Of a DNA stretch of 64,000 nt, positions 1 to 8,781 are shown piece after piece. How positions within the stretch are numbered: the stretch's first letter is position 1; every line of letters starts with the position of its first letter. The stretch covers positions 7,052 to 71,051 of the forward strand of contig DAHWPS010000115.1 in assembly GCA_027342785.1 (NCBI GenBank), written 5' to 3'. The DNA is from Acidimicrobiaceae bacterium. Its GTDB lineage: Bacteria > Actinomycetota > Acidimicrobiia > Acidimicrobiales > RAAP-2. A model generated the notes under the pieces. That model worked only from the letters and a program-made list of their open reading frames with translations. It had not been told where the DNA came from and searched no databases. The position numbers were made by a program, and so were the translations under genes.

Positions 1-1
1 C

Positions 2-424
2 ACCGATCCCGACGACGGGCGCAAGAGGCTGGAATTCGAATGGTCGGATCCCCATGTGAACATCATCGGGCATGCCCGTGATGAAGTTCCTGCGATCCCC
101 GAGGGGTTGCGCTGCATGATGCTCTACCGCCACGCGACCCACACCCAGGTGCTCATGCCAATAGACCACCGATGCGTTATCGCAGTCGCGCCGCCCGGCC
201 TCGCTCTCGAATCCGAGGAGGCTGCGTCCCAAATCCGAGCGTTCGTGATCGAACCGCTGGAGTCCTTGGTCTTGCATCGCGGGACCTGGCACTGGGGTCC
301 GTTCCCCACCGACGAGGCGGTGGTCCGTCTCTTCAACGTCCAGGGGTTCGGTTATGCCGAGGACAACGAGATGGTAGACCTGGCTGCCCAGGGGATGGCG
401 GTGGACGTGATCCTGCCGCGCTGA
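2..424 (+). CDS. ureidoglycolate lyase-like cupin protein (5' end outside window)
   Basis: The frame is open from the window edge through the listed GTG at 56. The segment IAVAPPG...LVLHRGTWHWGPFP recalls the AllA/ureidoglycolate lyase fold. The family call is from memory only. Confidence 0.4.
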   Translation, partial: TDPDDGRKRLEFEWSDPHVNIIGHARDEVPAIPEGLRCMMLYRHATHTQVLMPIDHRCVIAVAPPGLALESEEAASQIRAFVIEPLESLVLHRGTWHWGPFPTDEAVVRLFNVQGFGYAEDNEMVDLAAQGMAVDVILPR

Positions 425-539
425 GCGCAGCTGGCAACCAAGATTCCGAAGAATCCGTGCAATCCCTGGAATCCCTGACATGATGCGGCCTGCTGGCGCA
501 GCGGGCCGGGTGGATGAAGAGTGAGAGTGAGGAGGAAAC

Positions 540-1340
540 GTGTCGATTCCCTGGGGGTACGAGGGCAAGCGGGTCATCGTGAGCGGTGGTGGCGGCAGCG
601 GGATGGGTGCGGCCGTTGTCCGGGACCTGGTGGAGCTCGGGGCCGAGATCCACGTGCTGGACCTGAAGGAGCCGACGACACAGGTGGCCGGATACCACCA
701 CGTCGACCTGCGCGACCCAGGTGCCATCGAATCGGCGGTGGCAGCCGTGGGTGGGCGCGTCGACGCCCTCTTCAACTGCGCCGGTCTGCCCGGCCCTCCC
801 CATTCCGGGCTCGACACGATGCTCGTCAACTTTGTCGCCGCAAGGCATCTCACCGAGCGGGTGGTTCCGCATATGGAGGGTGGAGGGGCGGTGGTCACCA
901 TCTCCTCGGCCGGCGGTATCGGCTGGGAGCACATGATGGAGGTGATCGCCGAGCTGCTGGCCTGTGAAGGTCCGGCTGCAGCGCGCCAGTGGCTGGAAGC
1001 TCGGCCGGAATTGGTGGGGGAGGGTTATTTGTTCTCCAAGCAGGTGATCATCGTGTGGACGCTGCATGCTGCGCTGGACCTTGCACCCAAAGGCATACGG
1101 GTCAACTGCACGAGCCCCGGCCCGACCGACACTCCGATGATGCCGTCGTTCGAGCAGTACATGGGCAAAGACTTCATGGACGCGTTCCCCAAGCCTCTTG
1201 GAAGGAACTCCACTCCCGAGGAGCAAGCGCACCTGCTGGTGTTCTTGAACAGTGACGCCGCGTCGTACATCACCGGGGCCAATGTCTACGCAGACGGAGG
1301 TTTCTGGGCCGGTCTCACCACCGGTCGCCTCGGCATCTGA
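540..1340 (+). CDS. short-chain dehydrogenase/reductase (SDR)
   Basis: 266-aa ORF. The GTG start lies 4 nt after GGAGG (531-535). It has the Rossmann loop VSGGGGSGMGAAV and an SDR-sized body. Confidence 0.85.
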   Translation: MSIPWGYEGKRVIVSGGGGSGMGAAVVRDLVELGAEIHVLDLKEPTTQVAGYHHVDLRDPGAIESAVAAVGGRVDALFNCAGLPGPPHSGLDTMLVNFVAARHLTERVVPHMEGGGAVVTISSAGGIGWEHMMEVIAELLACEGPAAARQWLEARPELVGEGYLFSKQVIIVWTLHAALDLAPKGIRVNCTSPGPTDTPMMPSFEQYMGKDFMDAFPKPLGRNSTPEEQAHLLVFLNSDAASYITGANVYADGGFWAGLTTGRLGI

Positions 1341-1388
1341 GTGCAGCGCGAGCAGCGGTAGCCGTCACATCGTCCAACCTGAGAGGAT

Positions 1389-1416
1389 CGCGCCAAGGAC
1401 CGCGCCAAGGACCGCG
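1389..1416. repeat. 12-nt tandem repeat, 2.3 copies (CGCGCCAAGGAC)
   Basis: Read directly. It lies in the convergent SDR/TetR gap. Confidence 0.8.
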
Positions 1417-1449
1417 TGGTCGGAGAGGTCGACCAACTCAGAGAGACCG

Positions 1450-2250
1450 TCAGGCGAAAAGGGCGCGGTGGATCATCGTCGTCAAGGTGTCGAGCGACTT
1501 CTCGTCCACCGGCTGTCCGACGAACTCCCTCAGGTAGTGGAACCGATCGAGCATGGCCAGCACCGCCATCCCGGCGACATCGGCATCGACGCCTTTCGCA
1601 GCCGGTGCCGAGGTGATCCGCTGGGAGAGGGCACCTGAAATGGTGGCAACCGTGAGGCGGACCTGATCTCCCAGCTCGGGGTCGAGTGACGCCAGATCGG
1701 TCCACGCTCGGAGGAGCGGGGCGTAGCGAACCCACAGAGACGAGTACCGGTCGACCCACTGGCGCAGCTCGTCCCAGTCCGTTCCGCCCGCGGGGGGATC
1801 ACCGAGCACCTGGTAGAGCTCGCTCGCCTCGGCTGCGGCTTCGGCCACCAGCGCTCGGAGCAGGTCCTCTTTGTTCGAGAAGTAGAGGTAGAAGGTCCCA
1901 TGGGAGGTCTTCGCGATCTCCACCACGTCGTTCACCCGGGTGGCGTGGTAGCCGCGGCGGTCGAACGCCTCCATGGCCGCGTCGAGCAGCTTGCGCATCG
2001 TTCGCCGTCCCTGGTGGCGAAGGGCCCGTCTGCTCGCGGGTGCGCCGCCTGGGCTGCCTGTGCCGCCGGCACCACCTCTGCCGGCGATCTCCTCGCGTGC
2101 CGGCGACGTCGGACCCACCCGGGGGTCCGAGAGAGGAACGGGCGGGCGTGACGCAGCCTTCGGCTTGGGCTCCGCACCGACTCGGGAGGGGGCCGAACGC
2201 CCCCGACTGCGTGCTTGCCCCATGGAGTGAGGATCGTAGTGGCTGCTCAT
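1450..2250 (-). CDS. TetR family transcriptional regulator
   Basis: RKLLDAAMEAFDRRGYHATRVNDVVEIAKTSHGTFYLYFSNKEDLL is a textbook TetR N-terminal HTH. The start is uncertain: ATG at 2250 or 2223, with the ORF open to 2364. There is a Pro/Gly/Arg-rich N-terminal extension. Confidence 0.8.
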   Translation of the reverse strand: MSSHYDPHSMGQARSRGRSAPSRVGAEPKPKAASRPPVPLSDPRVGPTSPAREEIAGRGGAGGTGSPGGAPASRRALRHQGRRTMRKLLDAAMEAFDRRGYHATRVNDVVEIAKTSHGTFYLYFSNKEDLLRALVAEAAAEASELYQVLGDPPAGGTDWDELRQWVDRYSSLWVRYAPLLRAWTDLASLDPELGDQVRLTVATISGALSQRITSAPAAKGVDADVAGMAVLAMLDRFHYLREFVGQPVDEKSLDTLTTMIHRALFA

Positions 2251-2256
2251 CCACCC

Positions 2257-2270
2257 TGACGGCCGTGTCA
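2257..2270. promoter_or_regulatory. TGACG-GCCG-TGTCA near-palindrome (one mismatch to the core)
   Basis: Read directly. It lies 7 nt upstream of the TetR candidate start at 2250 and about 190 nt upstream of the CoA-transferase gene. It shares the ACCCTGAC left flank with the 36583 copy. Confidence 0.4.
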
Positions 2271-2462
2271 CATTTTCGCCGGCTGCAGGTCGCCCGCGGC
2301 CCGCTTCCTTCTTCTCGCTGCCCGTTTCCCGCGGCCCGCTGCCCACTGCTCGCCATGTGCTCACAACCCGCGCGTACTGCCGTGCACCCGCGCGCTGCGC
2401 TCCGCGGCACTCCTCTCGGGGGGCGGCGCGGGCCGCGGGTACCCTGATCAGGTGAACAGGCG

Positions 2463-4292
2463 ATGGTACCCGGGCCGGAAGACATCACGGTGAGCCGTGC
2501 TCCAGAGGTAGGAGCCACGCTGGAGGCGGCGGTGGATCGCCATGTTCAGCCAGGCGACACCGTCCACGTCATGCTCGGCCACAGCAGGTGGACGGCGGCG
2601 GCCAGGGAGTTGGCCCGCCAGCAGTGGGGACAGGATCCCGGGTTCACGCTCGTGATGACCAGCCTGGGGGCACTGAGCGCACTGTTTTTCGAGGGAAAGA
2701 TGCTCCGGCGAGTGGTCACCGCGTACTCGGGCAACAGCTTTCCGACGTACTCACCCAATCCGATCTTCACTCGGGCCTACCAGTCGGGAGAGGTCTCGGT
2801 GGAGCACTGGTCGATCCTCACGCTGGCCCAGCGACTCGAAGCTGCGGCCCGCGGTTTGCCGGCCGTGGTGACGGGATCGCTCCAGGGATCGTCGATGGAG
2901 TCGAACCCCGCATTCTCCGTCGTCGCTTCACCGTTCACCGGGGACGGAGAGGCGGAAAGAGGCACGGGGGGCGACAGGCACGCAGACGTGAAAGGAGGTG
3001 GGGAAGGCGGAGTAGTCGAGCGTGGCAGCCAAGCGTCCTCGGGCGACGGGATCGGCTTGGTGGCACCGCTGGCTCCCGACGTCGCGCTCCTCCACGCTGC
3101 CGTGGCGGACCGGCACGGGAACCTCGCGCTCTCCGAGCCCCTGCTCGAAGGCGTGTGGGGAGCCTGGGCCGCTCGACGCGGAGTGGTCGCAACCGTCGAG
3201 CGCATCGTAGAGAGCCTGGACGGTTACGGGCACCGGGTGAAGATCCCCGCCCACCGGGTGCTGGCGGTCGTGGAGGCGCCTTTCGGGGCGCACCCCGGCG
3301 GCTGCTACGCCGCCGGGCTCCCGAGCCGGAGCTACGGCGAGGACGTCGAGTTCTGGATCGCTGCCGCCGCCGCAGCCCGCGAGGACTTCGGGAGCTTCGC
3401 GCGCACCTACGCCCTCGATCCCTCGGACCACGACTCGTACTTGAAGGCGATCGGCGGCGAGCGGCTCGGGTGGTTGGAGGGGCGCAGCGATCCAGAGAGC
3501 TGGCACGAAGATGCAGCCAGCCACCCTGTCCAGGCCGAAGAGCCGATCAGCCGCTGGGAGGTGGCGGCCTCTTTTGGGGCCCGAGAGGTGGAGACGACCG
3601 TCGACCGGGTCGGTGCCGACGCGGTCCTCGCCGGCGCCGGCGTGGCCAACCTGGCGGCGTGGGTCGCCGTGGCTCGCGCCCGAGCCCGGGCCGGCAGCTC
3701 GGGGCCAGGCGTCCGCCTGACCGCCGAGCTGGGGCTCTGGGGGTACGAGCCGACGCCGGCCGATCCCTACATCTTCAACCACCGGGTGTTCCCCGGGACC
3801 CCATTCCTCTCCGACGCGTCGACGGTGCTGGGCATGGTGGTCGGGGGACCCGGGACCGTCGTGGTGGGGTGTCTCGGCGCCGCCGAAGTGGACCGGTTCG
3901 GCAACCTCAATTCGACCCAGCTCGGCAGTGGTCGGTTCCTGGTGGGCTCGGGCGGGGCGAACGACGTGGCGAGCCGCTCTGCGGCGTGCGTGGTGGTGAC
4001 CTTGGCAAACCCCGAGCGGCTGCCCGATCGCGCCGCCTACGTGACCTCACCGGGCCATCGAGTCACCAGTGTGGTCACGGATCGGGGGATCCTGCGCCGC
4101 CTCGACGGGATCCTGAGGGTGGCGGCGGTGCCCGCCGGGCCCGGCACGTTGGCCGACAGGGTGAACGAGATGGTCGCGTCGTGCGGTTGGACGCCCGAGG
4201 TCGCCTCCCGGGTGGACGAGCTCGAACCGGTCACCGAGAGAGAAGTGATGGCCCTGCGTGAGTTCGACCGCGAACGGCTGTTCCTCAGTTGA
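2463..4292 (+). CDS. fused CoA-transferase (A-subunit-like and B-subunit-like halves in one chain)
   Basis: 609-aa ORF. The N-terminal half (GDTVHVMLG...SGNSFPTYSPNP...EHWSILTLAQRLEAAARGLPAVVTGS) and the C-terminal half (GAGVANLAAW...GCLGAAEVDRFGNLNST...GSGGANDVAS) resemble glutaconate/3-oxoacid CoA-transferase subunits. A Gly/charged insert lies between the halves. Confidence 0.7.
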   Translation: MVPGPEDITVSRAPEVGATLEAAVDRHVQPGDTVHVMLGHSRWTAAARELARQQWGQDPGFTLVMTSLGALSALFFEGKMLRRVVTAYSGNSFPTYSPNPIFTRAYQSGEVSVEHWSILTLAQRLEAAARGLPAVVTGSLQGSSMESNPAFSVVASPFTGDGEAERGTGGDRHADVKGGGEGGVVERGSQASSGDGIGLVAPLAPDVALLHAAVADRHGNLALSEPLLEGVWGAWAARRGVVATVERIVESLDGYGHRVKIPAHRVLAVVEAPFGAHPGGCYAAGLPSRSYGEDVEFWIAAAAAAREDFGSFARTYALDPSDHDSYLKAIGGERLGWLEGRSDPESWHEDAASHPVQAEEPISRWEVAASFGAREVETTVDRVGADAVLAGAGVANLAAWVAVARARARAGSSGPGVRLTAELGLWGYEPTPADPYIFNHRVFPGTPFLSDASTVLGMVVGGPGTVVVGCLGAAEVDRFGNLNSTQLGSGRFLVGSGGANDVASRSAACVVVTLANPERLPDRAAYVTSPGHRVTSVVTDRGILRRLDGILRVAAVPAGPGTLADRVNEMVASCGWTPEVASRVDELEPVTEREVMALREFDRERLFLS

Positions 4293-4388
4293 GCCGTCGG
4301 ATGCCATGCCGCCTGGAGCAGGGGAAGCACAATCCTGCCGGAGTGGTATGCGGGTCGGGGGGTGAGAGGCTACAGTGACCGCGTTCAC

Positions 4389-4402
4389 TGACGTGGATGT
4401 CA
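4389..4402. promoter_or_regulatory. TGACG-TGGA-TGTCA near-palindrome
   Basis: Read directly. It lies 76 nt upstream of the binding-protein ATG and abuts a second inverted repeat, AGTGA-N6-TCACT, at 4374-4389. Confidence 0.35.
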
Positions 4403-4477
4403 CAGAACTGCGGGTTTTCGAGAGACGTGAGCGCGAGGTCGGCCAGGTGCGGACCCGCCGGACATGAAGGGGGCGGC

Positions 4478-5761
4478 ATGAAGTCCATCATCAGGCGAGG
4501 AGCACTCCCCGTCGCACTGGCCATCTCGATGGCCGTCGTCGCGGCGGCCTGCAGCACAAGCTCGACCAGTTCGGCCAGTTCGGCCAGTTCGGTGCCCGGA
4601 GTGACCGCGACGGCGATCAACGTCGGTGCGGTCTCCACCCTCAGCGGGCCGATCGCCGCCAACTTCGAGGCCATGGTGCCGGGTGTGGAGGCCTACTTCG
4701 ACACCGTGAACGCCCAAGGCGGCGTGGACGGCCGCAAGATCAACATGGCCTACAGCTTGAACACAGGAGGGAACCCGACGGACTTCGGCTCTCTCACCGA
4801 GACGCTCATCAACCAGGACCACGCGTTCGCTGCCGTCGGCATCGCCACTGCTTTCTTCAAGCCGACATACTACGTACAGACCGACACCCCCACCTACGGG
4901 TTCAATGTGACCGGGACATGGACAAAGCACCCCAACCTCTTCGCCTCCGGGGGCTCGGTCCTCTACTACACATCCCTCGGGACCTACGCTGCCTACCTGG
5001 CCAAGCAGACCGGCGCCACCAAGGTGGGACTGCTCGCGTACAACGTTGCCGGCTCGGGTCCGGCCTGCAAGGCGGCCGCCAGCATCTTGCGCCGTGACGG
5101 GGACGACGTCGCGTACACAGACTTGAACGTGGAGTACCCGGGTACGACGTCGGCCTCCGACGTCCAGAGGATGCAGCAGGTCGGCGTGAACTTGATCGTG
5201 AGCTGCATGACAGTGACAGGCAATATCACCATGGCCCGGGCGATCCAGCAGTACGGGATGAAGACCCAGCAGCTCTGGCTCAACGGCAACACACAGTCGG
5301 TGCTGGACAAGTACACGACACTCATGAAGAACGTCTACTTCATCGAGACACACGTGCCCTTCGGCGCGCCGACGAAGTACTACCCGGGGCTGGCGCAGTA
5401 CCTCACTTCGATGGAGAAGTACGAGCCTCAGTACGTCTATGACCAGACCGCCATGTTGGGATGGCAGGCGGCCGTGCTCTTCGTCGACGGTGTGAAAGCC
5501 GTCGGGAGCAATCTCACCCAACAGGCGCTCATCGACGCGACGAACAAGATGACCGACTTCACGGCCAATGGGCTCATCGCACCGGTCGACTGGACGACGG
5601 GGCATACGACAGCCAAGCCCCCCTACTGCAGTGTGTTCATCCAGGTGGAGGGCAAGTCCTTCGTGACTCGCTTTGCCCAGGGCCATCAGGTGTTCGTCTG
5701 CTTCGGGGGCACACTGAAGCCGGTGACCGTGGCGCCGAAGGCGGGGACCCCGGGCGTCTGA
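4478..5761 (+). CDS. ABC transporter substrate-binding lipoprotein (LivK/branched-chain amino acid-type family)
   Basis: ATG at 4478 follows GAAGGGGG. The signal peptide MKSIIRRGALPVALAISMAVVAAAC is lipobox-like and is followed by a Ser-rich linker. The permease and two ATPase genes lie downstream. Confidence 0.8.
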   Translation: MKSIIRRGALPVALAISMAVVAAACSTSSTSSASSASSVPGVTATAINVGAVSTLSGPIAANFEAMVPGVEAYFDTVNAQGGVDGRKINMAYSLNTGGNPTDFGSLTETLINQDHAFAAVGIATAFFKPTYYVQTDTPTYGFNVTGTWTKHPNLFASGGSVLYYTSLGTYAAYLAKQTGATKVGLLAYNVAGSGPACKAAASILRRDGDDVAYTDLNVEYPGTTSASDVQRMQQVGVNLIVSCMTVTGNITMARAIQQYGMKTQQLWLNGNTQSVLDKYTTLMKNVYFIETHVPFGAPTKYYPGLAQYLTSMEKYEPQYVYDQTAMLGWQAAVLFVDGVKAVGSNLTQQALIDATNKMTDFTANGLIAPVDWTTGHTTAKPPYCSVFIQVEGKSFVTRFAQGHQVFVCFGGTLKPVTVAPKAGTPGV

Positions 5762-5819
5762 TGAAGCGCTCGCGGCCGGGCAGTAGGTCCGAGACGCGGC
5801 CCGGAGGAGAGTAGGGGAC

Positions 5820-7922
5820 GTGGCCAACTTTCTGGGGTACGCAGTTCCCGGGATCCCCTACGGCTGCACGTACGCGCTGTTCGCCGTCGGCCTCGTCCTC
5901 ACCTACCAGGCGACGGGGGTGTTCAACTTCGCCTTCGCCGCCCAGGCGTACGTCTCCGCGTACCTCTTCATGTACTTCACCCAGAACGGGGACTTGCCGA
6001 CGTGGGCCGCGTTCATCGTCTCGGTGGTCGTCATCGCTCCGCTGCTCGGTTGGCTGCTCGACTACTTCTTGTTCAGGAGGATCCCCAACACCCAGGTCAT
6101 GGCGAAAGTGGTCACCGGGATCAGTCTCCTGGTCGGGATCCCGAGCCTGCTCACAGTGGCGTTCGGCAGCCAGAACCTCACGGACGCGCCGAGCATCCTG
6201 TTCAGCCCGAACGTCGTGTACTTCCACCTCTTCGGTCTCGAGCAGGTGCCGATCGACGGCATCTTCCTGAGCACGGTCGTGGTGACGGTGGTTGCCTTGG
6301 TGGCCCTCGTGATCCTCATCCGCTTCACCAGCCTCGGTCTCAAGATGCGCGCCGCGGTGGAGAGCCGTCGGCTGGTCCAGCTCGACGGGGTGAACGCCAC
6401 GAAGGTCGTGGGGAGCGCGTGGATGATCGCTGGTCTGTTCGCCGGGTTGGCCGGGGTACTCCTGGCCCCCCAGTTCGCCGTGCTGCAGTCGCAGAACTAC
6501 ATCACCCTCATGGTGACGGCGATCGCTGCGGCCGCATGGGGCGTGTTGCGGTCGATGCCGATCGCAGCGGGGGTCGCCGTGGTCCTCGGGATCGTGGAGC
6601 TCATCGCCCAGGGGTACCTGCCCACCGGAGGCTTTCTCTACGACGCCGTGCTGCCGGTCCTGCCGATGATCGTGCTGGTGGCCGCGCTCTTGCTCATGCC
6701 CGGGATGCGGACAATCGAGCATGCCCGTGACCCGCTGGCGTCAGTCGACCCGCCGACGCCGCCGATATCGTCGACGCTGCGGTCGCCGACCATGGACCGG
6801 ATCATCAAGACCGGCTGGTGGGCCCTTTTGGCGGTGTTCGTCATCTCGATGCTCAGCTGGGTGCCGCGTACCTGGGAGAACGTCTTCAACCAGGGCATTG
6901 CTTTCTCGGTGATCTTCCTGTCCATCACCCTCATCACCGGCATGGGTGGCCAGCTCTCCCTCGCCCAGGCGACCCTGGCCGGGGTCGGGGCGTTCACGGC
7001 CGGTCAACTGGCGCTCCACTTGGGTCTCAACCTCCTGGTGGGTGGCATCGTCGGTGCCGCCGCCGCCGCGGTGGTGGCAGTGCTGCTCGCCCTGCTCTCG
7101 CTCCGTCTGAAAGGTCTTGGCCTGGCCCTCATGACCTTGGCCGCGGGGCTGGTCTTCACCCTGGCGGTCTTCCCGCGCCCGTCGGTCAGCGAGACCACCA
7201 ACGGCATCGCCCTCCAGAGCAAATGGATCGGCCTCGGCATCTTCAATCCCAATGGACGAGCCTTTTTCATCCTGGGAATGATCGTCCTCACCGTGGTCAC
7301 GCTCGGCATCATCCAAGTCCGCAAGGGCACGGTGGGGAGCTACTTGACGGCGCTGCGCGGGAGCGAGACTGCGGCGAGCGGGATCGGCATCAACCCCAGC
7401 CGTCAGCGCGTGATGATCTTCGCGCTCTCCGGCGCCGTCGCCGGGATCGGCGGGACCCTTTACTCCATCCAGCAGACCCACGTGACACCCAACGTCTTCG
7501 GGTACCAGTTCTCGCTCGTGTTCGTGGTGGTGGTGGTGACCACCGGGGTGAGCACCGTGGAAGGCGCCATCCAGGCCGGCATCGGGCTCACGCTGTTCGA
7601 GCAGATCGTGACGTACCTTCCCGGGAGGTTTGGCGGGAACAGTCTGGTGTTCGTCTTCTTCGCGTTCGGAGCGCTCACCTACGCCTCTCACCCCGAAGGG
7701 GTCCTCGAATTCCAGCGGCGCCGCTGGACCGGCCGGTTCGACCGGCTGCTGTTCACGAAGGACGATCTGGGGAACCCGTCAGCCGGCAGCGGAGGTGGTG
7801 TGCCGACCCCGCCGGCCCCGCCGACCGCGGCGACCCTGCCGGGCGTGGCCCCCGGTGTGGTCGCCCCGGCAGCGCCCGGCGCGGGAGCCGAGAACCGGTT
7901 CGAGCTGCCGTACCATGGTTGA
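5820..7922 (+). CDS. fused LivH/LivM-type ABC permease
   Basis: 700-aa polytopic ORF with two consecutive branched-chain-type permease halves and a Pro/Ala-rich tail. Its stop overlaps the next gene's start (ATGGTTGA). Confidence 0.8.
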   Translation: MANFLGYAVPGIPYGCTYALFAVGLVLTYQATGVFNFAFAAQAYVSAYLFMYFTQNGDLPTWAAFIVSVVVIAPLLGWLLDYFLFRRIPNTQVMAKVVTGISLLVGIPSLLTVAFGSQNLTDAPSILFSPNVVYFHLFGLEQVPIDGIFLSTVVVTVVALVALVILIRFTSLGLKMRAAVESRRLVQLDGVNATKVVGSAWMIAGLFAGLAGVLLAPQFAVLQSQNYITLMVTAIAAAAWGVLRSMPIAAGVAVVLGIVELIAQGYLPTGGFLYDAVLPVLPMIVLVAALLLMPGMRTIEHARDPLASVDPPTPPISSTLRSPTMDRIIKTGWWALLAVFVISMLSWVPRTWENVFNQGIAFSVIFLSITLITGMGGQLSLAQATLAGVGAFTAGQLALHLGLNLLVGGIVGAAAAAVVAVLLALLSLRLKGLGLALMTLAAGLVFTLAVFPRPSVSETTNGIALQSKWIGLGIFNPNGRAFFILGMIVLTVVTLGIIQVRKGTVGSYLTALRGSETAASGIGINPSRQRVMIFALSGAVAGIGGTLYSIQQTHVTPNVFGYQFSLVFVVVVVTTGVSTVEGAIQAGIGLTLFEQIVTYLPGRFGGNSLVFVFFAFGALTYASHPEGVLEFQRRRWTGRFDRLLFTKDDLGNPSAGSGGGVPTPPAPPTAATLPGVAPGVVAPAAPGAGAENRFELPYHG

Positions 7923-8781
7923 CCCGCCTGCTTCCTGGTCGGTCCCCCAGACCACGGCCCCCCCCACGCTCGGCCCGTTGTTCGGCCGCAGGACGCAGCC
8001 GGGCCAGCTCTTGGGCGATCCCGGACCGCTGCTCGTCGTCAGAGGCGTCTCCAAGTACTTCGGCGGCGTCCAAGCTGTGCGCAATGTCACGTTCGCCGTC
8101 GACCCCTGCGAGTCCGTGGGGCTTGTCGGCCCGAACGGCGCCGGCAAGACCACCTTGTTCAACTGCGTCTGCGGGCAGCTCCGTCCCGAGGAGGGTTCGA
8201 TCGAGTTCGTCGGGACCGACCTCGGACGCTTGCCCACTTACCGCCGGGCCCGCCTCGGGATCGGCCGGACCTACCAGCGTGTCGAAGTGTTCTCCGACAT
8301 GACGGTCCGCGAGCATGTCCTCGTGGCCGAGCGGGCTCGCAAGGGAGACGGGAGGCTGTGGCGCGACCTGTGCAACCTCGGCTCGCCGAGCGTCGAGGAG
8401 CGGACCAAAGTGGAGATGGTGCTCGAGACGGTTGGTCTGACCGCCGTGGCGGACACCCCGGTCTCGGCGTTGGGGCTGGGCATGTGCCGGCTCGTGGAGC
8501 TGGGACGGGCCCTGGTCGGTGAGCCCAGACTCCTCATGGCCGACGAGCCTTCGTCGGGATTGGACGAGCACGAGACCAGTGACCTCGCCGGTGTGCTGCG
8601 CATGCTCCAGGCCGAGCGAGGGATGGCAGTGCTCCTGGTCGAGCACGACTTGGCCATGGTGAACGAGGTGGTCGACCGGACCATCGTGATGGACCTCGGG
8701 CAAGTCATCGCCGAGGGCACGTTCGACCAGGTGATGTCGGATCCCCACGTCCGCCATGCCTACTTGGGGCGGGCCGGATGA
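7915..8781 (+). CDS. ABC transporter ATP-binding protein (LivG-like)
   Basis: Walker A GPNGAGKTT, signature SSGLDEHE and Walker B LLMADEPS are present. ATG 7915 overlaps the permease stop. The longer listed ORF start (7630) lies inside the permease gene. Confidence 0.85.
   Translation: MVDPPASWSVPQTTAPPTLGPLFGRRTQPGQLLGDPGPLLVVRGVSKYFGGVQAVRNVTFAVDPCESVGLVGPNGAGKTTLFNCVCGQLRPEEGSIEFVGTDLGRLPTYRRARLGIGRTYQRVEVFSDMTVREHVLVAERARKGDGRLWRDLCNLGSPSVEERTKVEMVLETVGLTAVADTPVSALGLGMCRLVELGRALVGEPRLLMADEPSSGLDEHETSDLAGVLRMLQAERGMAVLLVEHDLAMVNEVVDRTIVMDLGQVIAEGTFDQVMSDPHVRHAYLGRAG

Noticed and set aside
333-1232. 299-aa minus-strand ORF overlapping the SDR gene. Many similar long ORFs exist, for example 4400-5827(-), 5637-6722(-), 6741-7691(-), 9317-10492(-) and 11315-12799(+).
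   Set aside because: They are Arg/Pro/Gly/His-rich translations with no motifs, lying antisense or out of frame to genes with clear family signatures. These are the shadow ORFs typical of high-GC DNA.
2443-2452. 10-bp palindrome CCTGATCAGG just before the CoA-transferase start, and similarly CCGGTACCGG at 53222-53231.
   Set aside because: They are short, occur once each, have no second related copy, and are within chance expectation.
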